Below the pieces are notes generated by a model. It was not told where the DNA came from and ran no database searches. It worked only from the letters and a program-made list of their open reading frames with translations. From contig CAYHBZ010000001.1 in assembly GCA_964355175.1 (NCBI GenBank), positions 304,523-368,522 of the forward strand: a stretch of DNA of 64,000 nt. The letters run 5' to 3'. This DNA is from an uncultured Gammaproteobacteria bacterium. GTDB taxonomy: Bacteria; Patescibacteriota; Patescibacteriia; Magasanikbacterales; GWA2-37-8. The translations under genes were made by a program, and so were the position numbers. Below, piece after piece: positions 31,767 through 40,900 of the stretch. Within the stretch, counting starts at the first letter, position 1. Each line of letters starts with the position of its first letter.

Positions 31767-33635
31767 TTATTTAGTTTGATTTTCAAATTCTTGTTTGGCG
31801 CGTTCGATCTCAAGCAACTGCTGCGGGTTGGTGGTCACCAGCTGATCTTCGGTATACGAAGCCACGATCTTGATAGCGGCATGTTTGAGACCGGCAAAAA
31901 ATATTCCTTCACCCGGAGCACTCTCCAACAATAAATATTTTTCACTATCCGTAAGCATGAAAACTTTTTGAATGTTGTCCACGGCGGCCGGAGATTGGCG
32001 GAGCAACAATTGCAAAGCCGAATTGGTCACAATCGCCTGTCCGTATTGGGAATGCAAGAAATCATTTACATCCTGCGTAATAGTCGTGACACCCAAATAA
32101 TATTTACGACAGCGTTTCACCAAAGCAAAAATAAATCTGGCGGAATCTTCGTGTTGCATCAGCCACCAGGCTTCATCAATTACGAGCACGCGCTTGCGAC
32201 GCTCGGAGCGCACCGTGTTCCAAATATAATTGATAATCGCGTAAATAGCGAGCGGACGCAATTCATCTTCCAAATCACGCACACTATACACCACCAACTG
32301 ATTTTTCATTTCCACATTGGTTGGCGAATTGAATAGTCCACTAAAAGTACCTTCGGTATATTTTTTCAATTTTAATACCAATTCGTTCGAGCCTTCCATA
32401 CCTTCGAGCACTTCCTGCAAATCTTGCATGATTGGCGCTTCGACAGTATTGAGATCCACACCGGATACGATATCTTTTTTGGCGTAAGTTTCGATGAGCG
32501 CTCTATCGATTACCGAATCCTGCTCAGTAGTAATACCACCAAGCATAATACGGAGTAATCCTTTCACAGTAATAACCGCGCTACGAATAATATCGTCGAC
32601 AGACAAATCCTGCTCCATTGGGCGAGGCAGATCAAATGGATTTACTTTACTCTCACTGCTCAAAGAAATATTAATATAAGTACCACCGACCGCGTCAGAG
32701 AGATGTTTATATTCCATTTCCGGATCAATCACAATCACTTCCAGGCCCATCATGAGAGAGCGCAAAATTTCCAATTTAATGGCATAGCTTTTACCGGCAC
32801 CGGAAGTAGCAAATACTACCATATTGGCATTCTGCATCGAAAAACGATCAAACAAAATCAAACTATTGTTGTGACGATTGATTCCGTACAAGATACCATT
32901 ATCGGAAGTAAGCTCGGCAGAAATAAATGGAAAAGACGCGGCAATCGGCGATGAATTCATGTTGTAGGAAATCATCAATTCATCATTGCACAGCGGCAAA
33001 GTAGAATTAAAACCTTGCTCAGCTTGATACAATACTTTGCGACTCATGATCAATTTACTGCCAAAAATACTTTCGATATCTTCGGATAACTGATCCAATT
33101 TTTCTTTATTTTTGGTATAAATAGTGACATAAAAAGCAAACTGAAAAAAGTGCTCTGTCCCCTGGGTTAGATTGTCGCGCAAGCCTTCAATATCACGCAA
33201 AGCGGTCTCACGAATTGGATCACGCGGCGCGCCCTTTTCGGCATCGGCGCTAATCTGCGCTTCGAGCGCACCTACTTTATTTTTTAATTGTTTCAAAATA
33301 ATTTCGGCTTTAATCGGATAAAAGAACATTGAAATATCCATATTCACCGACAAACCAATCACGGGAGAGCTCCAACCCACGGAAATATAACGCGGATAAT
33401 TCATGATGAAAAGCGTACGACAAAAAGTGGTGCCAAGCTGGATAAAATTGGACTCAATATTAAAAGCCGCCGGCGCGATAATATCACGCAACGACACCAC
33501 GCCCTCACGATAGACCTGCTCTTCTTGCAGAGTAATGAGTTCGGCAGCGGTAGCTTTTTCTAACTTGCTTTTATCTTTACTACCCAAACTCGCTTTATCG
33601 TTTTGTTTGGCAATGAATTGTGGTTTAAAGGCCAT
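31767..33635 (-). CDS. virB4: VirB4/TrbE/CagE-family type IV secretion ATPase, C-terminal portion
   Basis: LGTTFCRTLFIMNYPRYISVGW (VirB4 region), Walker A VFATSGAGKSY, Walker B VLVIDEAWW, GVTTITQDVNDF. Confidence 0.8.
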   Translation of the reverse strand: MAFKPQFIAKQNDKASLGSKDKSKLEKATAAELITLQEEQVYREGVVSLRDIIAPAAFNIESNFIQLGTTFCRTLFIMNYPRYISVGWSSPVIGLSVNMDISMFFYPIKAEIILKQLKNKVGALEAQISADAEKGAPRDPIRETALRDIEGLRDNLTQGTEHFFQFAFYVTIYTKNKEKLDQLSEDIESIFGSKLIMSRKVLYQAEQGFNSTLPLCNDELMISYNMNSSPIAASFPFISAELTSDNGILYGINRHNNSLILFDRFSMQNANMVVFATSGAGKSYAIKLEILRSLMMGLEVIVIDPEMEYKHLSDAVGGTYINISLSSESKVNPFDLPRPMEQDLSVDDIIRSAVITVKGLLRIMLGGITTEQDSVIDRALIETYAKKDIVSGVDLNTVEAPIMQDLQEVLEGMEGSNELVLKLKKYTEGTFSGLFNSPTNVEMKNQLVVYSVRDLEDELRPLAIYAIINYIWNTVRSERRKRVLVIDEAWWLMQHEDSARFIFALVKRCRKYYLGVTTITQDVNDFLHSQYGQAIVTNSALQLLLRQSPAAVDNIQKVFMLTDSEKYLLLESAPGEGIFFAGLKHAAIKIVASYTEDQLVTTNPQQLLEIERAKQEFENQTK

Positions 33636-33638
33636 ATT

Positions 33639-34325
33639 TTATTCTTGTTCAATTTGCATCTTATCCATTGGCGCCATACGCTCGGTGAGAGCGATATCGG
33701 GATTATAAGTAGAGTACAATACTTCTACCAGAGACTGAGTGTCGAGGCGCACCACTTCCAGACCAATTCCGCGCAAACCAGACTCTACTTGGCGCACACG
33801 CTGATCTAAATCATATTTGCGTTTGGTGAATCTTTCCGCTTTTAGTTTTACCGTCACGGCCGGATGAAAAACTTCGCTCAAACGCGCCCAAAAACTTTTT
33901 TGTTTATTGGACAAAGGATCATAAGGCACCACTACATAAAAATTTTTGCTCATAATCTCCCCCATCTCGACAAGCTCCGACACAAAAGATCGATAGTCGG
34001 CAATCTGCGCGCGCAACAATTCATTGGTCTGTTCGCGCTCGCGTTTGAGCAAATCTTCCAGGTACGGCTTGATATATAATTCACGCGACTGAATTACCAC
34101 CTGCAAAGGGTGGTCCAAACCGTTGAGAAAACTCACATAAGCGGATACGATAGCGTTTTGTTCGTCTTCATTTTTCAAAGCAAAATTAATGCTCGATACT
34201 AACATTATAGCACGCATCGTGCCATCTTTCATCACCACGGTATCCTGTCTGATTTCTGAAACAGACAAAAATCTTTGGGCGGATGGTATGCTGGTTTTTT
34301 TTGCTGCCGCTTTTTTATTCTTCAT
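33639..34325 (-). CDS. VirB4-family N-terminal domain encoded as a separate ORF
   Basis: FALKNEDEQNAIVSAYVSFLNGLDHPLQVVIQSR resembles the VirB4/TrbE N-terminal region. Its stop TAA lies 1 nt before the ATG of the downstream ATPase ORF. The two together (228+622 aa) equal a typical about 850-aa VirB4. Confidence 0.5.
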   Translation of the reverse strand: MKNKKAAAKKTSIPSAQRFLSVSEIRQDTVVMKDGTMRAIMLVSSINFALKNEDEQNAIVSAYVSFLNGLDHPLQVVIQSRELYIKPYLEDLLKREREQTNELLRAQIADYRSFVSELVEMGEIMSKNFYVVVPYDPLSNKQKSFWARLSEVFHPAVTVKLKAERFTKRKYDLDQRVRQVESGLRGIGLEVVRLDTQSLVEVLYSTYNPDIALTERMAPMDKMQIEQE

Positions 34326-34331
34326 ATAAAA

Positions 34332-34784
34332 TTAATCTTCCGGTTTATAATAACCGCCGGTATTTACCGCCAAGGCCAAATCGCGCAGACGGTTATAGGA
34401 TAAATTTGGCACCTCCGCGATCTTTTCTACTAGCACCACCGTTTCCATTTTGCGCAATTGTTCCAATTCTTCTTTGGTGTCCATTTTATACCAGATGCGT
34501 CGACTCGGTCGGCGCAGTGTCTGAAACAAATTCAATAAAAAATAATGAAAAGACTGTCCGTTGATTTTTACAAAAGCCAAGATCAGAGAAAAGCTACCTA
34601 GAGTGGCTAGAGAGAAAATGAACAAAGCCATGTCCGCCAATTTAAAAGTAATAAATAAAATCAGTCCGGCAATTAGCAAGATCAAAAACTGACGCGTAGT
34701 CACCGGTCCAAAAATTTTATCCTCAACGTCAATAAATTGTGGCACTACAAACTGTTCCATATTAAATAGCCAACTCTTTTTCAA
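34332..34784 (-). CDS. Small two-TM membrane protein, VirB3/PrgI-like candidate
   Basis: FGPVTTRQFLILLIAGLILFITFKLADMALFIFSLATLGSFSLILAFV is a pair of TM helices in a 140-150-aa protein immediately upstream of virB4, the conserved VirB3 position. Confidence 0.35.
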   Translation of the reverse strand: MKKSWLFNMEQFVVPQFIDVEDKIFGPVTTRQFLILLIAGLILFITFKLADMALFIFSLATLGSFSLILAFVKINGQSFHYFLLNLFQTLRRPSRRIWYKMDTKEELEQLRKMETVVLVEKIAEVPNLSYNRLRDLALAVNTGGYYKPED

Positions 34785-35901
34785 AATTAATTAAAGCTTC
34801 AATTTCCGCTAAAGAAATTTTATCTCTTTCTCCCAGCACTCCGGATAGTGGTCGTCTCTGCTCTATCGCCTCATCCACCGCGCTAATATAAGATTGATAC
34901 AGAGGACTATTATGCCAAGCGTCCCAGGATTTCATAAACAGCAGATAGGATTCTTCTTTCAAGTTCAAAAATTTTTGTTTCAGGCGCTCAGCGGCATCGA
35001 CCGGCTTGGAAGACAGGCGGCGAAAATCTACCAGATTGAAAAATTGAATCTCGTCGAGAGGCCCCATGGCCATCGGTTTGCTATGCACATCGTGCATCAT
35101 CGCTCTAGGAGTCACCGAAGCCGCGCGCATTGGCGCAATATTTTGGGCCGGTTTCTGCTCTGTTTTTTTTGCGATCAAATCTTCGATCGGCGCCGAAGCT
35201 ACGCCGGCACTGAAAATAATTTTATCTACAATATTTTCTTTCACTTCCTTTTTTTCTACTTTCGGCAAGTAAGTGGTTGGTTTGGATTTTTCGGTCAATT
35301 CTCTAGCCTGAGTTTCAGTCAATCCCAATCCACCGTCTTTTATAGAACGGCCACAAGCATCCAGAGTATCAGGTTCACTGCGAATATCTTTTAGACGGAG
35401 CTGAACGACACTACGCAAGCGACTATCAATTTGAGGTGAAACTTTAAATGATAAACTGGAAATGATTTTGGAAACTTGATCGGTGCGATTGGATGCTACG
35501 GTAGTTTTGGCATGTTCACTGTCTGGGACTTCTTCATGGAGCAATGATTTCAAATCTTCATTTTTCAAAACTGGCTTTCCTGGCACTTTTTTATCGTCAT
35601 CCTGAGCGACTTTATTGTCATCCCGAACGGATGTGAGGGATCTTTCCGGCCTGTTAGATTCCTCGCTTACACTCGGAATGACAGTATTCACCTTTGGAAC
35701 GACAGGTGCTAAAACAGGCTTCACAGGTGCGGACACAGGCACAGCCGGTGTTGGCGCCACTGGTGTCGGTGCAACTGTTGGTACAGCCACTGTCGGTGTA
35801 GACGCGCCGGCCTGGCGTTTTTTTATTTCAGTCAAAGAAACCCTCTCGGTCGTGCCGTCGGATTTTTTTACCGTAATCATGATTTGATTATTGTCTGGCA
35901 T
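34762..35901 (-). CDS. Hypothetical protein (Pro/Ala/Val-rich linker) in T4SS cluster; contains an in-frame palindromic-element insertion
   Basis: 379-aa ORF. The segment VIPSVSEESNRPERSLTSVRDDN is encoded by repeat copy B. Confidence 0.4.
   Translation of the reverse strand: MPDNNQIMITVKKSDGTTERVSLTEIKKRQAGASTPTVAVPTVAPTPVAPTPAVPVSAPVKPVLAPVVPKVNTVIPSVSEESNRPERSLTSVRDDNKVAQDDDKKVPGKPVLKNEDLKSLLHEEVPDSEHAKTTVASNRTDQVSKIISSLSFKVSPQIDSRLRSVVQLRLKDIRSEPDTLDACGRSIKDGGLGLTETQARELTEKSKPTTYLPKVEKKEVKENIVDKIIFSAGVASAPIEDLIAKKTEQKPAQNIAPMRAASVTPRAMMHDVHSKPMAMGPLDEIQFFNLVDFRRLSSKPVDAAERLKQKFLNLKEESYLLFMKSWDAWHNSPLYQSYISAVDEAIEQRRPLSGVLGERDKISLAEIEALINFEKELAI
35616..35684. repeat. Palindromic element family, copy B, inserted in-frame in the 379-aa gene
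   Basis: tgtcatcccgaacggatgtgagggatctttccggcctgttagattcctcgcttacactcggaatgacag; an adjacent half-site cgtcatcctgagcg at 35595-35608. Confidence 0.55.
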
Positions 35902-35903
35902 AT

Positions 35904-36914
35904 TTATAAGCTATGTTGATGTAAACCAATCACCAGGCGTAATAATTCTCTGAGCCAATTCTGCACGGCTTGAGTATTTGGTTCATTTTGATAAAAATCG
36001 GCAATAAATTTTTCTTGAGCAAAAGTTTTAATATCCGCTTCATAAACCAAAGCAAATACTTGGTGAACAGCTTCCTGAACTTTCACGCCAGAAACAGCTT
36101 CGGAAGTGGTCGGTATAAATTCTCCATTATAATCCAAAGTACGAATCAAACCATCAAATTCTTTATCCAATTCTTGGGCATTCAAGCCATTATAAGCCAT
36201 CAACAAACGATCGCGCACTGGCACACCTACCACCACCGATTGATAAAAATAATTTTGTAATAAAAATTTATGATCAGATATTGATAAATCCCTAAAATAT
36301 GCCCAGGCCATTTGTATTATTAGACTACTGACCAAAACTTCCAGCCAATAAAACTGTGCACCTTCGTAATCGTCTTCCTTGGTAGCCGCAGGCAAAGAAT
36401 TTAATAATTTTCCGACATAACTAGTTGAAGCCGCGCCGGTAATTATTTGCCTCAAGGTATAGACAAATAAAATATCATCATAATAAGGCAACTTGCCGGC
36501 CAAAATCAAACTAATTTCTTCATCGTTATACGGCTTGATTTCTTTCAGATCAGGCGACAAATTATCAGTAGCGGCTGATACCAAAAAAATCTGTGAAGAT
36601 AAGCTATTTAACAACTCTTGATCGCTGGGGTTGGCTATAAAACTTTTGATAAGATCGACGCTGATTAAACTTATTAAAACCTTATCAATTTTTACAAGCA
36701 GTCCATTACTGGTATTTTGCAATTGTTTGGATAGATTTTCGGCCACACCATAGATACCCTTGGAATTTGGAGTAAACAGCTCTAGACGATCCTCGGCGGC
36801 GACCAATTCATTCAAAGCCAAGACAACCTCATTTTGTGGCTGAGAATAAAAGGTATATAATTTTTGCGCTCCAAGCTTTAAGGCCATATTTAAGAAAATA
36901 TTTTTTCGTTCCAA
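35904..36914 (-). CDS. Hypothetical cytoplasmic protein (T4SS cluster)
   Basis: 336-aa ORF with no TM or signal and no recognisable motifs. Codon usage is consistent with neighbours. Confidence 0.4.
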   Translation of the reverse strand: MERKNIFLNMALKLGAQKLYTFYSQPQNEVVLALNELVAAEDRLELFTPNSKGIYGVAENLSKQLQNTSNGLLVKIDKVLISLISVDLIKSFIANPSDQELLNSLSSQIFLVSAATDNLSPDLKEIKPYNDEEISLILAGKLPYYDDILFVYTLRQIITGAASTSYVGKLLNSLPAATKEDDYEGAQFYWLEVLVSSLIIQMAWAYFRDLSISDHKFLLQNYFYQSVVVGVPVRDRLLMAYNGLNAQELDKEFDGLIRTLDYNGEFIPTTSEAVSGVKVQEAVHQVFALVYEADIKTFAQEKFIADFYQNEPNTQAVQNWLRELLRLVIGLHQHSL

Positions 36915-37963
36915 TGAAATTGATTATCGGATTCGCTGAAATATACCAACTCATCAGTTATTAATTTTTGCTCCTGCAAAATCGAGCTGAACTGGACTAA
37001 TAAATTTAATTGATCTTCATCAATCAAACTAACTTTACTTTTAACTACCGACAATAATTTTTTAATAAAATCAGGGGCTTGAGTTTTTAGCCAATCGGCG
37101 ACTGCGGTGGCACTGCCCAACCATTGGGTGAGATCCGGTAATGCTTGCAAAAAATTCAAATAGGTTGCGGATTTATCAATTTCCGCTTGCGGTTCCACCT
37201 TTTCTTCGTGCAAACATTTATCTTCTGTGATATTTTTCCAAATTTTTCCACTTACCAAAGAGTCGTAAATTACCAATATATATTCCAAAGCGGCTTTCAA
37301 CGGCGCATCTAAGCTGGTAACCTCGATAAATTGTCTAGCAAATTCTTCTACTTTTGTTTCTTCATTATCGGTTTTGAATTCATCCAGCATTTTCACCCAT
37401 TGAGAGATAGATTTATTATTTTTATCATCGAGATCGCCGACAATATTTTTATTTTCAGAGATATCGTCGGCAAATTTGCCGGCATCTTCTTTGTAAATAT
37501 TTATAAAACAATATTGGGCGAAGTAATTTCTAATACTTTCGATAACTTGTATCTTGCCAGACAACACAGCCAACAACAAAAATCTGGAGCCAAGTAAAAA
37601 ATCTTGACGCAAACTTTTCTGTTGAGCAAAATTCAAAAAACCAAGCCAGGCATAATACTTTTGATAAAACCAATTTTGTTCATCATTTAAAAAATCAAAA
37701 AATATTTTTTTATTAGACCAATCTTCCAAAGACCCGAGAATTTCACTATCTGCACCATCGTAGTAATCAGATTGATAATGGTACAAAGAAAACAGCAAAT
37801 TCAGCTGCACCTGTTCACTGGCCAAGACTGATTGATCTACATCAGCCCAATCTCTGGCGGTATAATCCGAGCTATTGTTTTCTAATTTACGCAACAAAAC
37901 CTGGCGCTCCTGCTCTGAGCGCTCTGGAAAAAAATTGGAAATTAATTCTTCGTAAGAAAACAT
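36890..37963 (-). CDS. Hypothetical cytoplasmic protein (T4SS cluster)
   Basis: 357-aa ORF, acidic, helical, with no recognisable motifs. Confidence 0.4.
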   Translation of the reverse strand: MFSYEELISNFFPERSEQERQVLLRKLENNSSDYTARDWADVDQSVLASEQVQLNLLFSLYHYQSDYYDGADSEILGSLEDWSNKKIFFDFLNDEQNWFYQKYYAWLGFLNFAQQKSLRQDFLLGSRFLLLAVLSGKIQVIESIRNYFAQYCFINIYKEDAGKFADDISENKNIVGDLDDKNNKSISQWVKMLDEFKTDNEETKVEEFARQFIEVTSLDAPLKAALEYILVIYDSLVSGKIWKNITEDKCLHEEKVEPQAEIDKSATYLNFLQALPDLTQWLGSATAVADWLKTQAPDFIKKLLSVVKSKVSLIDEDQLNLLVQFSSILQEQKLITDELVYFSESDNQFHWNEKIFS

Positions 37964-37992
37964 ACTACCTGTTTATTTTATTGATCAAAATT

Positions 37993-40900
37993 TTATGATG
38001 TTGGATCTTTCTTATTTTTTTCAGCAGTTCCTTTTTCTACCGGTTTAAATGCCGCCATCTGCCTCTTTGGTGCCTTGCCGTCATCAGTAAAAGCCCCTTC
38101 ATTGTATAAAGAAATCAACTGACTGATATTTGTAATATGCTCCTGCTTACCTTTTGCCATCACAGTAATATTCATTTTACCGGTCTGATAAGCTTCCTGA
38201 GCGTCTACCTGAGATTTCTTGGCCAAAGTCATCAACACATCTTGAGGGTTGGTAAACAACTGATCCTTTACCAATTCATTAAACCAATCATTGGTAGTTT
38301 GCTGGTGTAAGGCGTCTTCTTTATTCTTTATATGTCCAAGACGTTTACCTGATTTTACCTCAGAGTATCTCCCGGCCAGCCCAATACCGTCATCGGAAAA
38401 TTTCTGTGCCCAATTATGACGCCCTGAATCAGACCCATTGGCTTTTTTACCATTAATCAAGAGACCATCCTTTTCTGTAAAATAATCTTCAACGTTTTCC
38501 GTGGAAGCCAAACCGGCCATATGGTTTAGATAACGTGGAGTAGTTTTTTGATGGTTTAAATGACTGGTAATATCACCTCTGGATATACGATACGCTTTGC
38601 CTCTGGTTCTAGTAGCATAGCCTGTACCCTCATCTAAGTTAATATAGGAATGCGATTGTTTACCGGCACGATTGCCAACATCCAATTTGTTGACCTCACC
38701 CAACACACCATCTTGGGCGATTCCAGCACCCACCAATACATGCCTTTGTTTACCTCTGCTAGATTTGATATTATCGGCATGGCCACCATTTTCAGTATGA
38801 GAACCACCGGCCATCTCATCGCGTAAATTGGTAACAAATTGAATTTGAGATTGATTATCATCCTGCGTCTTGATATATTGAGCCATTTTAGACTTATCGG
38901 TAATTGTTTTTAATGGAGCACTGTCAGCACCAAACTTATCACCGAATGTTTTTAATTCACTACCGGTAAAATCTTGATTTTCCAATTTATCATAAAATTG
39001 AGCCACACTCATACCCATTTCTTGCACAGCATAATCCATCACTTTGGCTACTTGTTTATGCATACCGGCAAATTCTAAATCACCACCAGTACTCAAAACC
39101 GCAAACAAATCATTAATTTTTTCAACGTTAAACTCCTTGCCTTGCCAACCAAGCCCACCATCTGCAACATTTTTTTGCATCTCCGCTTTTAAATCAGGTG
39201 CCATCGCGCGCCAAATACCATCATCAAGCCAACTTTTAGAAACACCATGATCAAGCATAGCGGCCATAATATTTTTATCGGCAGAAGTTGGCCCAGTACC
39301 TTTACCCTCTTTCGCATCTTTTCTCTTTTGAATCATCGCCAAAAGATTGGTACCAAAGTTACTGGTATAGGTGCTATAATCCATGTCCGTAAATCTTTTA
39401 CGATAATATTCTCTACCTTCAGATAAAGCCTCGTTTGGCACAGTGATACCTCGAGGTTTGTAAACTTCTTCTTGCTCTACTTCACTCAATAAATAATTAT
39501 GATCTTTGGAATAGGCATTTTTTTCCTCAGTTTCCTTGGCATGAGCCGCTGAATTCTCCCAAGAAATACTAGAGGTTCTTTTGGCTCTAGCTTTCTGTAC
39601 AGCCTCTTTTCTAGCGTCCTTAAGTGTCTGATCATTGTTATCTATAGATGAAATTTCTTCCTGTAGGGTTTCAATACTATCTTCTTTAGCTTTTATCGTA
39701 CTCCCATTTTTTACATCAAAATCGTTAAATGCTTTTTTGGCAGCTTCTAATTCTTCCGGATTGGAAGGATCCGCCGCTCCCAAAGCTGCTTGTAGCCTAT
39801 TTTTTTCCGAAGACAATTTACCAAGCTCTTCCTGTTCCGCTTTTAGCTGAGTGCGTTTGAGGGCCGAACCTTCAGAATGCATATTGTTGGCTGATTCCAA
39901 AATTTCCTGAGCCTCAAGCTCAGCTTTTATTGCCTCTTCGTCAAAGCCATGTTTTGCTTTAGTTAAATTATTGCTGAGTTGCGTTTTGGCAGTATCAGCA
40001 CCAAGTTCGGCTCCAGCTTGCTTTCTGAGAAGGCCCTTACCGCCATGTTTTATTATTTTACCATTTTCATCTTTCTTATCTTCGGTGTCAGAAAAAGCAA
40101 CGGCGGCTTTCTTTTCCAATTCTTCAATTTCAGCATGTTCTGTGCCTTCTTCAGCTGCTATAGCTGCTTGCTTGGCGAGTAATGCTCCGGCATGTTCCAT
40201 GAAATGCAACTTAGCACCACCTTCAGCTAAATGAGCGGCTTTCTCAGACAATTCCGCTTTAAACTTCGCCTCCACCTTGGCGGCGACCACTTGTTTTCCT
40301 TTGCCACTTTTACGATATTCTTCCAATGTTCCCGACATCAGTTCCTTGGTTCGTTCTTTGTTTCTATCAGCTCTTTCATTATGACCAACAACTTGTTCAG
40401 CTATACTACCTTTTTCATATTGAAATTTACCATCTTTAAAACGAGAACTCTCCAAAGTGGCACGGCGACCATACTCTTGGAATTCAGAAGTTTTAGCGGC
40501 AGAGCGTTCTTTTTCCGCGGCCAACATACCTTGGGCAACACGATCAAAGCCATCTGGCATATCACGCAAAAATGCACCTTTAGGAATGGCCGTTATCCTT
40601 TTATCTATCAATTCTTCTTGTAGTTTGGATTGATCTTCTGTTTTCTTTAAAGTTTTACGGCTGCCAATTAATTTGGCGCGAGCTTCATAGCGATTTTTTT
40701 GAAACCAACTCCTTGAATCCTTATCTTCATATTCATATTCACCTTCGATATCTTTACCATTTTCATCTTTCTTATTAACAAATTTCATTCTGGCGTTTCC
40801 TTTATCATCTAATTTTACATTACCGTGCTCATCTTTCTCCTCCTCCATTTTTAATCTAGGACCTTCCGAACGATAAATTTTCCAGCTTTCCAACTGGCGT

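Noticed and set aside
33600-33660. The two VirB4 ORFs treated as simply two unrelated genes
   Set aside because: Both halves match consecutive regions of one VirB4 family protein, so the split is reported as a finding and not annotated as two independent functions.
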